IMG/VR virus record: IMGVR_UViG_3300003937_000247
Direction: 5' to 3' (one strand)
Origin: a virus
Length of the DNA: 64,000 nucleotides
Shown here in pieces: positions 48,548 to 58,413 of this stretch. A program made the position numbers and the translations under genes. Within the stretch, counting starts at the first letter, position 1; every line of letters starts with the position of its first letter. The notes under the pieces are model-generated. The model was not told where the DNA came from. It ran no database searches and was given only the letters and a program-made list of their open reading frames with translations.

Positions 48548-49570
48548 ATGAGTGGTTACATTGATTTAAATTATATATCTAAAATACAGCCGAGATTACA
48601 ACAGTTTAAAAAGAAAAGAGATTATCTTTTCAATTTTAGATGTCCAGTTTGCGGAGATTCTAAAAAATCTAAAACAAAAGCAAGAGCATATCTTTATAGA
48701 GTTAAAAATGATATGTTTTTTAAATGTCATAATTGTAGTGCTTCACACAATTTGGCTAATCTTATAAAATTAGTTGACAGACCTCTATATGATGAATATA
48801 TTTTAGAAAGATATAAGGGTAGTAAACCTACCAATGAACAAAGTCTATTTGATAAATTCAAAACAGACACAAAAGCAAAATTAAAATCTACACCCCTACA
48901 AGGCCTTACAGCCTTTAGTACTTTGGAGGATACACATCCTGCAAAAAAATATTTGCTAAAAAGAAAAATACCAAAGGATTACTTTGATAGATTATATTAT
49001 TGCGACAAGTTTCAAGCCTTTGTAAATAAGGTGCGTCCAGGGACTTTCACCTCCCTAAATACACTTACAAGATACGAACATCCGAGATTGATTATACCAT
49101 TTTATGATGTTGACAATGAAGTCTTTGCTTTGCAAGGACGATCATTTGGGAAAGAACAGCCAAAATATCTAACAATTAAACTACAGGAAAACAAACAAAA
49201 AATATTTGGACTTGAACGAGTAAATCTTCATAATACTTTATACATAGTTGAAGGTCCGTTAGATAGTTTATTTTTAGATAATTGTCTTGCTGCTGGTGGG
49301 GCTGACTTACAACTACCTGTTGAAAAAAAGGATGTTGTTTTTATATTTGATAATGAGCCGAGAAATAAAGAGATAATAGATAGAATGTATAAAATGATTG
49401 ATAAGACTTATATGATAGTAATATGGCCAGAAGGTACAAAGGAAAAAGATATTAACGAAATGATAGTGAACGGCAAGACAAAAGAAGAAATACAAAATAT
49501 TATATCAGATAATACCTATTCAGGTTTATCAGCAATCACACAACTAAATTCATACAAACGCATAAGTTAA
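48548..49570 (+). CDS. gp61: DNA primase
   Basis: RCPVCGDS...CHNC zinc finger, VEGPLDS, DNEPRN, KDIN TOPRIM. Confidence 0.96.
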   Translation: MSGYIDLNYISKIQPRLQQFKKKRDYLFNFRCPVCGDSKKSKTKARAYLYRVKNDMFFKCHNCSASHNLANLIKLVDRPLYDEYILERYKGSKPTNEQSLFDKFKTDTKAKLKSTPLQGLTAFSTLEDTHPAKKYLLKRKIPKDYFDRLYYCDKFQAFVNKVRPGTFTSLNTLTRYEHPRLIIPFYDVDNEVFALQGRSFGKEQPKYLTIKLQENKQKIFGLERVNLHNTLYIVEGPLDSLFLDNCLAAGGADLQLPVEKKDVVFIFDNEPRNKEIIDRMYKMIDKTYMIVIWPEGTKEKDINEMIVNGKTKEEIQNIISDNTYSGLSAITQLNSYKRIS

Positions 49571-49578
49571 GGAGTAAT

Positions 49579-51906
49579 ATGGTAAGCACAGGATACGAGT
49601 CTATTAATGTCAATAAAAGAAATGGAAGAAAAAGCGAACCCCTTAACATTGATAAGATACACGAAATGGTGGAGTATGCTTGTGAAGATATAACAGGTGT
49701 ATCAGCTTCACAGGTAGAAATGAATAGTGGCTTACAATTTTATGATGGAATATCTACCAACGAAATACAACAAATTTTAATAAAATCAGCTGCAGATTTA
49801 ATTTCATTAGAAACTCCTAACTACACTTATGTAGCATCCAGATTACTACTTTACAGTTTAAGAAAACAAGTTATACACAAATTATGGGACCATCCACACT
49901 TTTATGACCACGTAAAAAAAGTTGTAGATTCAGGTTTATATGATAAAGAAGTAACTACACATTATCAAAGAAAAGATTTTGATAGAATGGAGAACTGGAT
50001 TAATCATAATAGAGATTATGATTTTACCTATGCAGGTTTAAGACAAGTTATAGACAAATATTTAGTACAAGATAGGAGCATTAATACAATATATGAAACA
50101 CCGCAGTTTATGTATATGATGATTGCTGCTACTCTCTTTGCAAAATATCCAACAGAAAGGAGAATGTCATATGTTAAAAAATATTATGACGCAATTAGTC
50201 AATTCAAAATCAATATACCTACGCCTGTTATGGCTGGTGTTCGTACTCCTCTTCGGCAGTATGCGAGTTGTGTATTGGTTGATATTGATGATACCTTACC
50301 TTCTATTTTCTCTGGCGATATGGCCATTGGAAGGTATATCGCACAAAGAGCTGGAATCGGAATCAATGCTGGAAGAATACGAGGTATCAATAGCAGGATC
50401 CGAGGGGGAGAGGTCCAACATACTGGAGTTATACCTTTTCTTAAAAAGTTTGAAGCTACGGTTAAGTGTTGCACTCAAAATGGAGTTAGAGGCGGTTCAG
50501 CAACTGTACACTTCCCTATCTGGCACCAAGAAATAGCAGACATTATAGTCTTAAAAAATAATAAAGGTAGTGAAGATAATAGAGTTAGAAAATTAGACTA
50601 CTCTATACAACTATCTAAATTATTTTATGAAAGATTTATTAATGAAGAAGAAATAACATTATTCTCACCACACGAAGTTCCTGAATTATATGAAGCGTGG
50701 GGTACACCAGAGTTTGATGAACTTTATGTAAAGGCAGAAAGAAAAATAAGTGTTAATAAAAAGAAAGTATCAGCACAAACTTTATTTTTTGATATTTTAA
50801 AAGAAAGAGCAGAAACAGGTCGTATATACATAATGAATATTGACCATTGTAATACTCACTCCTCTTTTAAAGATAAGGTGACTATGAGTAACCTATGCCA
50901 AGAAATTACTTTACCAACCACTCCAATACAACACATTGATGGAGAAGGTGAAATTGCTTTATGTATTTTATCTGCCATCAATGTGGGTAAAATAAACCAA
51001 TATGATGACTTACAATCATTGTGTGATTTAGCAGTTAGGGCTTTAGATGAAATTATAGATCACCAAAAATATCCAATTAATGCAGCTGAAGTTTCTACAA
51101 AAGCGAGAAGAAGTTTAGGTGTTGGTTATATTGGACTTGCTCATTATCTTGCTAAAAAAGGATACAAATATGACCAGAAATTAGCTTGGAGAGAAGTTGA
51201 TAAATTATCAGAAGCATTCCAATATTTCTTATTAAGTGCTAGTGTTAAACTTGCAAAAGAAAAAGGACCTTGCTCAGCATTTAAACAAACAAAATATGCT
51301 GATGGTATATTACCTATTGATACATATAAGAAAGATGTTGATGATATAGTTAAACGAGATTTAACATATGATTGGGAATGGTTAAGAAAACAAATTAAAG
51401 AACACGGATTAAGACATAGTACATTATCAGCACAAATGCCAAGTGAGTCGTCTAGTGTTGTTTCAAATGCTACAAATGGTATTGAACCACCTAGAGATTA
51501 TTTGTCTGTTAAGAAATCTAAAAAGGGACCATTAAAACAGATTGTACCTGAATATAATAAATTAAAAAACTTTTATACCCTTCTTTGGGATATGAAAGGG
51601 AATGAAGGATACATAAATATCGTTGCAGTAATGCAAAAATATTTTGACCAAGCAATTAGTGGTAATTGGTCATACAATCCTGAACATTATACAGAAGGTC
51701 AAGTGCCAATATCAAAAATGGCCGAAGATTTATTGACAACCTATAAATTAGGTTGGAAGACTTCTTATTATCAAAACACTTATGATAGTAAGAGAGATGA
51801 AGATGAACCAGCACATCCTATTGGGTTCCATGACAATGTGTTAGATGATAAACAAGAAGTAAAAGAGGAAGACGATCCAGAAAACTGTGATACGTGTACA
51901 ATTTAA
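49579..51906 (+). CDS. nrdA: class Ia ribonucleotide reductase alpha subunit
   Basis: ATP cone, PTPVMAG, SCVL, SNLCQEI, MPSESSS, KTSYY, C-terminal CDTC. Confidence 0.98.
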   Translation: MVSTGYESINVNKRNGRKSEPLNIDKIHEMVEYACEDITGVSASQVEMNSGLQFYDGISTNEIQQILIKSAADLISLETPNYTYVASRLLLYSLRKQVIHKLWDHPHFYDHVKKVVDSGLYDKEVTTHYQRKDFDRMENWINHNRDYDFTYAGLRQVIDKYLVQDRSINTIYETPQFMYMMIAATLFAKYPTERRMSYVKKYYDAISQFKINIPTPVMAGVRTPLRQYASCVLVDIDDTLPSIFSGDMAIGRYIAQRAGIGINAGRIRGINSRIRGGEVQHTGVIPFLKKFEATVKCCTQNGVRGGSATVHFPIWHQEIADIIVLKNNKGSEDNRVRKLDYSIQLSKLFYERFINEEEITLFSPHEVPELYEAWGTPEFDELYVKAERKISVNKKKVSAQTLFFDILKERAETGRIYIMNIDHCNTHSSFKDKVTMSNLCQEITLPTTPIQHIDGEGEIALCILSAINVGKINQYDDLQSLCDLAVRALDEIIDHQKYPINAAEVSTKARRSLGVGYIGLAHYLAKKGYKYDQKLAWREVDKLSEAFQYFLLSASVKLAKEKGPCSAFKQTKYADGILPIDTYKKDVDDIVKRDLTYDWEWLRKQIKEHGLRHSTLSAQMPSESSSVVSNATNGIEPPRDYLSVKKSKKGPLKQIVPEYNKLKNFYTLLWDMKGNEGYINIVAVMQKYFDQAISGNWSYNPEHYTEGQVPISKMAEDLLTTYKLGWKTSYYQNTYDSKRDEDEPAHPIGFHDNVLDDKQEVKEEDDPENCDTCTI

Positions 51907-52083
51907 ATGAAAAGAAAAAACAAAAAAATAAATAAGGTTGTATGTGACTCTTGGCCACATCCACATTCATATGAAAGTCTATATGATTGTATAGTATCAG
52001 ACCAAGTACCAGCTGAAGATATAGCATTTTACTTTGAAGATATGGGATTTAAAAAGTATTACGATAATAGAGAAAGTATTTAA
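51907..52083 (+). CDS. small hypothetical protein (not in ORF track)
   Basis: MKRKNKK...YESLYDCIVSDQVPAEDIAFYFED...; exactly abuts nrdA stop and next ATG. Confidence 0.55.
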   Translation: MKRKNKKINKVVCDSWPHPHSYESLYDCIVSDQVPAEDIAFYFEDMGFKKYYDNRESI

Positions 52084-52221
52084 ATGGAAAAATGTAAGAA
52101 CTGTAAATGTGAAGCTCATTGTCCCGAAACTTGTATGAATTGCAAGTGTAAGAAATGTGATTGTTCGGTTTGTGAGAAACCAAGACCAAATGTTAAAACA
52201 GGAGATGAAATAGTACAATAA
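52084..52221 (+). CDS. metallothionein-like Cys-rich peptide (not in ORF track)
   Basis: MEKCKNCKCEAHCPETCMNCKCKKCDCSVCEKPRPNVKTGDEIVQ: 10 Cys and 1 His in 27 residues; stop overlaps nrdB start. Confidence 0.65.
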   Translation: MEKCKNCKCEAHCPETCMNCKCKKCDCSVCEKPRPNVKTGDEIVQ

Positions 52222-53327
52222 TGAAAAGTGTATTTAATAAAAGTAAAAAACTAGACGCTACAAAACAACAAATGTTTTTTGGTCCTGATTTAGCAGTACA
52301 AAGATATGATACGTTTAAATATCCTGTCTTTGATAGATTGGCACAACAACAATTAGGGTTCTTTTGGAGACCAGAAGAAGTATCTTTACAAAAAGATAGA
52401 AACGATTATAATGAATTATCTGAAGCACAAAAGTTTATATTTACAAGTAATTTAAAATATCAAACAATGTTAGATAGTGTACAAGGTAGAGGACCTTGTT
52501 TAGCATTCTTACCTTTTGTTTCTTTACCAGAACTAGAAGGTTGTATAGTTGCTTGGGATTTCTTTGAAACAATCCATAGTAGAAGTTACACATATATTAT
52601 CAAAAATTTATATTCAAATCCTAGTGAAGTTTTTGATACTATAATAGAAGATGAAAAGATAGAGAAAAGATCAAAGTCAGTTACAGAAGCATATGACCAT
52701 TTGATTCATTTAGGTTATAAGTATCAATTAAATCCTAAATCAGTTAATGAATATGATTTAAAGAAAGCATTATATTTAGCAATGATAACTGTAAATGTAT
52801 TAGAAGGAATAAGATTTTATGTTTCATTTGCTTGCTCATTTGCATTTGGAGAACTTAAATTATTAGAAGGTTCAGCAAAAATTATTTCAATGATTGCTAG
52901 AGATGAGAGTCAACACCTTGCAATGTCACAACAAATTCTTAACTTATATAAAAACAAAGAGAACGATAAAGTGATGTTAAAAATAATTAAAGATACAGAA
53001 AAAGAAGTTTATAAAATTTATGATGAAGCTGTACAAGAAGAAAAACGTTGGGCGACCCATTTGTTTTCACAAGGCAGTATGATTGGATTATCAGAAAAAT
53101 TATTACACCAATATGTTGAATATATAGCAAATAGAAGAATGAGAGCAATAGGATTAGAACAAAAGTATGAGCAATCATCAGCAAATAATCCATTACCTTG
53201 GACGACACATTGGTTGAATAGTAGATCACAACAAAACGCACCACAAGAAACTGAAATAGAAAGTTATGTAATTGGTGGTGTTAAACAAGATGTTATAAAG
53301 GATCAATTTAAAAAGTTTAAACTATAA
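52221..53327 (+). CDS. nrdB: ribonucleotide reductase beta subunit
   Basis: FWRPEEV, DSVQ, ETIHSRSY, EGIRFYVSF, RDESQH, APQETE. Confidence 0.98.
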   Translation: MKSVFNKSKKLDATKQQMFFGPDLAVQRYDTFKYPVFDRLAQQQLGFFWRPEEVSLQKDRNDYNELSEAQKFIFTSNLKYQTMLDSVQGRGPCLAFLPFVSLPELEGCIVAWDFFETIHSRSYTYIIKNLYSNPSEVFDTIIEDEKIEKRSKSVTEAYDHLIHLGYKYQLNPKSVNEYDLKKALYLAMITVNVLEGIRFYVSFACSFAFGELKLLEGSAKIISMIARDESQHLAMSQQILNLYKNKENDKVMLKIIKDTEKEVYKIYDEAVQEEKRWATHLFSQGSMIGLSEKLLHQYVEYIANRRMRAIGLEQKYEQSSANNPLPWTTHWLNSRSQQNAPQETEIESYVIGGVKQDVIKDQFKKFKL

Positions 53328-53647
53328 TGCCATCATACGAACCATTACCAGCAAGTTTAAGAATAGAAAAGAGTGAAATAGAAGGACAAGGTTTATTTAC
53401 TTTGATGTTTCTAAAGAAAGATACAAATTTAGGAGTATCTCATATAATTTTTAACCAAGGGCAACACAACCAATTTCCAGATGAAATCATAAGAACACCA
53501 TTAGGTGGTTTTATTAATCATAGTGAAGACCCTAACTGTACTAAAGTGAAAGAAGGCCATAAGTATTATTTAAAAACAATAAAAGATATAACTGGTGGTG
53601 AGGAATTAACCGTAAAATATAGTTTTTATAGTATAAATAAAAAATAA
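53327..53647 (+). CDS. minimal SET-domain protein
   Basis: G.GLF, FINHSEDPNC, GEELTVKY. Confidence 0.85.
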   Translation: MPSYEPLPASLRIEKSEIEGQGLFTLMFLKKDTNLGVSHIIFNQGQHNQFPDEIIRTPLGGFINHSEDPNCTKVKEGHKYYLKTIKDITGGEELTVKYSFYSINKK

Positions 53648-53838
53648 TGCCAGAAGACGAATCAAAAAAAATACAAATCAGCTGTAGCAATTGTGATGTA
53701 TCTTATTGGGTAAAATGGAAGATTGAAGAAGAAGCTGAACCAGAACATTGTCCTTTTTGTGGTGCTGACGCCACAATAACAGAAGATGAGGATGCGATAT
53801 TTGATGATGAAGACGAAGACCAAGATAGTTGGAATTGA
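53647..53838 (+). CDS. zinc-ribbon protein
   Basis: CSNC...CPFCG with acidic tail. Confidence 0.7.
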   Translation: MPEDESKKIQISCSNCDVSYWVKWKIEEEAEPEHCPFCGADATITEDEDAIFDDEDEDQDSWN

Positions 53839-54355
53839 TTATAGTTTAAGTAGTCCTGCAATTTGTATTTGTAAAGGACAATTTAAGTTTAAAAACTGTA
53901 AGATATATTATTTAACAAATGTGAAAAAATATGAAGGTAATTTTTATAATGGACAGATAAATGGCAGACTACATTTACCCTATACCTCCCAGACACAACG
54001 ACACGACCAAATTTCAGATTGGGCGCTTTCTATTATTGATACTGCTATTGGTAATATTTTTATAGAAGGTTACTCATTTGGAAGTAAAGGACTTGTATTC
54101 AACCTAGCAGAGAATATGGGTGCTCTCAAACATAAACTATACAAACTCAATAAACGATTTGATATGATAGTGCCAGGTAGAATTAAAAAGAACGCTACAG
54201 GCAAAGGTAATGCAGACAAACTTAAAATGTATGAGCAGTTTGTAAAAGATACTAATATTGATTTAATGAAAGAATTTGATCAGACAAAACTCAACAATCC
54301 AGTTACAGACATAGTTGACTCGTATTATATCACAAAATATGGGTCAGAATCATAG
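53786..54355 (+). CDS. RuvC-like (RNase H fold) nuclease
   Basis: GIDYS, FIEGY, KK.ATGKGNADK, D..DS. Confidence 0.75.
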   Translation: MRMRYLMMKTKTKIVGIDYSLSSPAICICKGQFKFKNCKIYYLTNVKKYEGNFYNGQINGRLHLPYTSQTQRHDQISDWALSIIDTAIGNIFIEGYSFGSKGLVFNLAENMGALKHKLYKLNKRFDMIVPGRIKKNATGKGNADKLKMYEQFVKDTNIDLMKEFDQTKLNNPVTDIVDSYYITKYGSES

Positions 54356-54357
54356 AT

Positions 54358-54372
54358 GTTCTCATTTTGTTC
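54358..54372 (+). promoter_or_regulatory. GTTC-N7-GTTC LexA box-like element
   Basis: gttc-tcatttt-gttc, intergenic, 45 bp upstream of a -35. Confidence 0.65.
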
Positions 54373-54417
54373 TTATAATTATTCCTAAAAACCTAGTAAA
54401 ATCAACGCTTTTTGTGC

Positions 54418-54446
54418 TTGACTTTCTTATGTTTTTAGTGTATTAT
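54418..54446 (+). promoter_or_regulatory. sigma70-type early promoter
   Basis: aaaatcaacgctttttgtgc-ttgact-17bp-tattat. Confidence 0.7.
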
Positions 54447-54456
54447 ATACGTATAA

Positions 54457-54876
54457 ATGATAAAAAACACTATGAAAAAACAAGTTTCCAAAGAATTATT
54501 AGAACATCTTAAACAGATGAACATCAAATCCCAAAAGTGGGTTGATGAAGACCCAAAACATAGATGGTCTTCAATGATTACAGAAGACCCAAAACATTGG
54601 GCAAATTACAAAATTTACACCCTAAAAGAATTTAAACATTATATGGCTGAATCTACACATTGGGATTTATACAAATCTATCAATGGAGTAAGACCTAGAT
54701 TTATGCAATATCATTTAATGACTACAGAAGAAATTGAAGCAGAAAATGACGCTATGTTCAAAGAACAAGAAGAACAAATTGCTGCTGAAAAAAAAGAGAA
54801 AGAAGATACTATAAAAAGAGTATCACAATACGGTAATTTTACCGAAAAACAATTAGAGAAATGGAGAGTAATATAA
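54457..54876 (+). CDS. hypothetical early protein
   Basis: D.YK..NGVRPR motif; first gene after the promoter. Confidence 0.65.
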   Translation: MIKNTMKKQVSKELLEHLKQMNIKSQKWVDEDPKHRWSSMITEDPKHWANYKIYTLKEFKHYMAESTHWDLYKSINGVRPRFMQYHLMTTEEIEAENDAMFKEQEEQIAAEKKEKEDTIKRVSQYGNFTEKQLEKWRVI

Positions 54877-54877
54877 T

Positions 54878-55321
54878 ATGAGTTTAGATACAAACATACA
54901 TCCTTTTAAAGAGGATTTAGGAAAGAACCTATACAGAAAGAAAACTTACTACACCTTATGTGTAGAACAAGAAGTATTGGCAAAAAATAAAGATGACGCT
55001 GATAATAAATTTATGGACGGTGGTGGAATAAACCATTCAAACATTGGTAGAGATTTAACAGATGAAAATCAAGGTGTTGAAACCTATATGGTAGACGCCA
55101 ACTATACAGATTCAGGTGATACTGAATATGTTGCTAAAGTTTGTTATGAAGATGATGAATTTGCTAAAGAAGATGGTTTTGTAGAATTAGATACCTATGC
55201 TTTAGAAGATGACATAATCAACGAAAAGGGAGATTGTGTTGCTAAAGAAAAAGAAATTAAACCTTTAGACGATTTAAAAAAAATTGTTGATGAACACAAA
55301 CCAATTAAGGCAATATTATAA
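54878..55321 (+). CDS. acidic hypothetical protein
   Basis: Coupled ORF. Confidence 0.6.
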   Translation: MSLDTNIHPFKEDLGKNLYRKKTYYTLCVEQEVLAKNKDDADNKFMDGGGINHSNIGRDLTDENQGVETYMVDANYTDSGDTEYVAKVCYEDDEFAKEDGFVELDTYALEDDIINEKGDCVAKEKEIKPLDDLKKIVDEHKPIKAIL

Positions 55322-55518
55322 TGATTGAAATATTAAAATTTATAGAAGAACTAGAACTATTACATAAAATGCTTACTGTTGACAATTCAATAGATGATGA
55401 CCCAAGGAAGATTTTTACTAGAGGTAAAATTAGAGAATTGCTTGCGAAGTATAAAAAAATAGAGTCAGATTTTGACATTCATTTAAATTTAGAAAATGAA
55501 AGTAAGTTAGGAAAATAG
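55321..55518 (+). CDS. hypothetical protein
   Basis: Coupled ORF. Confidence 0.5.
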   Translation: MIEILKFIEELELLHKMLTVDNSIDDDPRKIFTRGKIRELLAKYKKIESDFDIHLNLENESKLGK

Positions 55519-55612
55519 TGAAATTAGGGGGATACAATCATACACAGACAGCTCTTAAACCGTCCCAGGAGGCGGCTATGAGAGGATTATTCCACGGAAA
55601 TATGAGGAAACA

Positions 55613-56035
55613 ATGAGAAACGGATATTTTGCAGTTGTATTGAATAAAGAGAGCTGTGATGCTGTGAGGAAATATTCCACGATGGAAGATGTAAAAGGAG
55701 ACCATATTACACTTGCATATAAACCAGATGATAAAACTTATGAACAGTTAAACGGATTGGTTAATGAGGATGTTGACGCTTATATTAGTGAGATAAGATC
55801 AAATAAAAATATAGAAGCATTGTGGGTTGACGAAATGAACTTAACTAGATTTCCATCAATAAAATTAAAAAGATTTAATCCAGGCCCAGCACACGTTACA
55901 ATATCACATAAGAAAGATTTTAAATCTGGTGACGCAAATAGTATGTTTAAAGATCCAGACCACCTTGTTCCAGTAGACCATACACACGAATTGGGATATT
56001 TGAAAGGTACAGTTAAATGGATATCATATGAGTGA
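55613..56035 (+). CDS. 2H phosphoesterase-fold protein
   Basis: Two HxT motifs (DHITL, AHVTI) about 63 aa apart in 140 aa. Confidence 0.7.
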   Translation: MRNGYFAVVLNKESCDAVRKYSTMEDVKGDHITLAYKPDDKTYEQLNGLVNEDVDAYISEIRSNKNIEALWVDEMNLTRFPSIKLKRFNPGPAHVTISHKKDFKSGDANSMFKDPDHLVPVDHTHELGYLKGTVKWISYE

Positions 56036-56169
56036 AAAAATAAAAGAATTACAAAAAGAAGTTAAAGAGTTGGAAGAAGAAAAAAAGATTACCAATTCTC
56101 AAGCAAGAATTAATGATATAGATGAGAGTATCTATAATACAAATCAAAGTATTGAAGAATTGAGGAAAT

Positions 56170-56619
56170 ATGAAAGACATTGATATGAAAACAGAAGCAC
56201 CAGAATTATACATTAATGGTATGGAGACTTTACCAGATGTAATTAATATGATTAAAGATACAATGGATGAAGGTAAAACTGAATCTGCTAAAGATTACTT
56301 AAATCAATTACAAGAATATTTAGCAAAAAGAGATATCAATATTTTAGAATTACAGGAGACAGGTGAAAAAATATTACAAGGACTTGAAAAAAATACAGAA
56401 ATTTTAGACCCACAACAAACAGTAGTTGATAATTTCCACGAGTGGAATATGAAACAAATGGATAGATATGAACCTGTTATGGTACTAATGACAATTTTAG
56501 GACAAACGTTGAAGATTATGAAATCGGCAATGCCTAAACACCAATACGATTCAATTATGGACAACGTCTATGAGTCGAAGGACAGAATTGAACCGTTTAC
56601 TAAACCACAAATACATTAA
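56170..56619 (+). CDS. hypothetical protein
   Basis: ORF track; RBS gagg. Confidence 0.6.
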   Translation: MKDIDMKTEAPELYINGMETLPDVINMIKDTMDEGKTESAKDYLNQLQEYLAKRDINILELQETGEKILQGLEKNTEILDPQQTVVDNFHEWNMKQMDRYEPVMVLMTILGQTLKIMKSAMPKHQYDSIMDNVYESKDRIEPFTKPQIH

Positions 56620-56628
56620 TGGAGGAAA

Positions 56629-56835
56629 ATGAAAACTTTAATGTCAATATTAGTATTAATCTGTTTAACAGTTAGTGCTAACGCAAATCCAGTATTGAAC
56701 TGGTTTGAAACTGAAAAAAACAAAACAATTGAGTTTCAAAAGAAATCGTGGGCTGATGGCAAAGTGCAATTAGCAAACACAAAACAATCTATTATAGACC
56801 TATTTCACAAGGTAACTAATGTTACACAGGATTAG
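56629..56835 (+). CDS. small exported protein
   Basis: Signal peptide ending ANA; ggagg RBS. Confidence 0.6.
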   Translation: MKTLMSILVLICLTVSANANPVLNWFETEKNKTIEFQKKSWADGKVQLANTKQSIIDLFHKVTNVTQD

Positions 56836-57010
56836 TGATTTCTGTAAAAAGATTGATAGTATCAAAGCCCAGGCGGATAAGTTGTATAATTTAAAGTATA
56901 ACAACACTAAAACGCCTGGTCGGGATGCTGAGATTAACCATTTAATAGAAGATATACAATCAACGTGTAAAATCGTTGGTGCAGATAAGACACCCTATCA
57001 AAAAGGTTGA
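56819..57010 (+). CDS. hypothetical protein
   Basis: Coupled ORF. Confidence 0.5.
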   Translation: MLHRISDFCKKIDSIKAQADKLYNLKYNNTKTPGRDAEINHLIEDIQSTCKIVGADKTPYQKG

Positions 57011-57032
57011 AAAATCAACGTTTTTAGAGAGC

Positions 57033-57061
57033 TTGACAAATCTGTTATATTATGATAGAAT
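57033..57061 (+). promoter_or_regulatory. sigma70-type early promoter
   Basis: aaaatcaacgttttt...gc-ttgaca-17bp-tagaat. Confidence 0.75.
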
Positions 57062-57073
57062 ATATTACATACA

Positions 57074-57493
57074 ATGAAAATAAGTGAGAAGGACGATACT
57101 ATGGTAACTAAAGAAGAAATATTTGAAGAATTTAAGATTGCAAAACAAAAAGACATTGCAAAATCAACAACAAAACCACCTTATGAGAACTGTTTTAAAA
57201 ACAGATTAAAGTTATTAAAATCTCATAGGGACGCAAAAATAACAAATCCAAAAGTGTACAGACATTTACAAGTAAATTTTGATAATCTAATACTTGCTTA
57301 TTCGTCACCTGTACCTATTGACGCATTCTATAAGACAGTATTCAATAAGACATTTACTCAATATAATGAGTCTAAAAGAGTTGAAGATATGACAGAATTA
57401 CAAAAAGAAAAAGATGAAAGACGTAGAAAAAAAGAAAAAGAAGAATTAAAGAAACAAAAAGCTGAAGATGTTAAAGAAATTACTATTAATTAG
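57074..57493 (+). CDS. hypothetical protein
   Basis: First ORF after the promoter. Confidence 0.6.
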   Translation: MKISEKDDTMVTKEEIFEEFKIAKQKDIAKSTTKPPYENCFKNRLKLLKSHRDAKITNPKVYRHLQVNFDNLILAYSSPVPIDAFYKTVFNKTFTQYNESKRVEDMTELQKEKDERRRKKEKEELKKQKAEDVKEITIN

Positions 57494-57959
57494 TTGTTTG
57501 TTGTTACTTACAAATTGTGCCAGTAAGCAGTCTTATATAGGTGCTAGCACCACCGCAGCTGTTGCTGGTACAGCGTGTTGGCAGTATATAAGTGACAATC
57601 CTGCAGTTGTGGCGACTTGTGCTGTTGTAGGTTCATTTAAAGGTGCCGATATGATGAATAGTGAAACGGATGATCAATTAATGACAAGAGCATTTGTGGA
57701 TCATTTAGACAATGCACCTAATAGTCCAGGTTTTACAACGTGGATGAATCCTAAAACAAATAGTAATGGTATAATTAAAACTACAGGTTTCTATTTAAAG
57801 GGACCTATTAAATGTTCAATGGTTGAAGTTACACATAATCAGAATTTAGATAATACAAGATTTTTTGATTCAATATTATATGGAAATCCATATAGACAAA
57901 TACAATTACACGAAGTTTGTAAAATGCCCGATGGAAGGTGGATGATGATAAATGATTAA
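57468..57959 (+). CDS. 17-kDa surface-antigen-like lipoprotein
   Basis: Lipobox LTNC, small-residue zipper, W.NP.T...G and C..PDG.W C-terminal domain. Confidence 0.7.
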   Translation: MLKKLLLISCLLLLTNCASKQSYIGASTTAAVAGTACWQYISDNPAVVATCAVVGSFKGADMMNSETDDQLMTRAFVDHLDNAPNSPGFTTWMNPKTNSNGIIKTTGFYLKGPIKCSMVEVTHNQNLDNTRFFDSILYGNPYRQIQLHEVCKMPDGRWMMIND

Positions 57960-58413
57960 AAATATTATAATTTTTGTACTGTTATTAATTTGTGTATCAC
58001 AATGTGGTGGTAACGATACGAAAGCAAAACAAATAGAATTAAAAGCAATGGATAACTTTTTTGATAAACTATTGCAAAATGCAACACCAATACCTTTAGT
58101 AGATAAACAATGTTTGAAATATGAAGATTGTCCTAAATGGGATGGTAATCCAGATACTAAAATGTATTATGACCTAATGAAAGGTCTTAACGGCTCTGGG
58201 AAGATTGAAAAATCAGACTTCAATTGGAATGTTCATCTATATCTATGCCACCAAAATAAGTTGTTGGATAGTATAAACGGTGAAGGTGCATTTGAAAGAC
58301 TTGCAATCATTTCAGCAAAAGACGGAATGATACCTTGTCCTATAGATAACAATCCACATTGGAATTATGATTGGGAAAATCATATATTAAAAGCTAGAGC
58401 GGAGGCAGTATGA
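57952..58413 (+). CDS. exported hypothetical protein
   Basis: Hydrophobic N-terminus with Cys. Confidence 0.55.
   Translation: MIKNIIIFVLLLICVSQCGGNDTKAKQIELKAMDNFFDKLLQNATPIPLVDKQCLKYEDCPKWDGNPDTKMYYDLMKGLNGSGKIEKSDFNWNVHLYLCHQNKLLDSINGEGAFERLAIISAKDGMIPCPIDNNPHWNYDWENHILKARAEAV

Noticed and set aside
50123-50536. 137-aa + strand ORF inside nrdA
   Set aside because: Alternative frame within a conserved region of nrdA with no recognisable motif
11282-53327. Introns or inteins in gp43, gp41, nrdA and nrdB
   Set aside because: All are continuous and of normal length
55518-55616. GC-rich hairpin before the 2H gene as an ncRNA
   Set aside because: Also reads as a short coupled GTG-start ORF; cannot be distinguished from sequence alone
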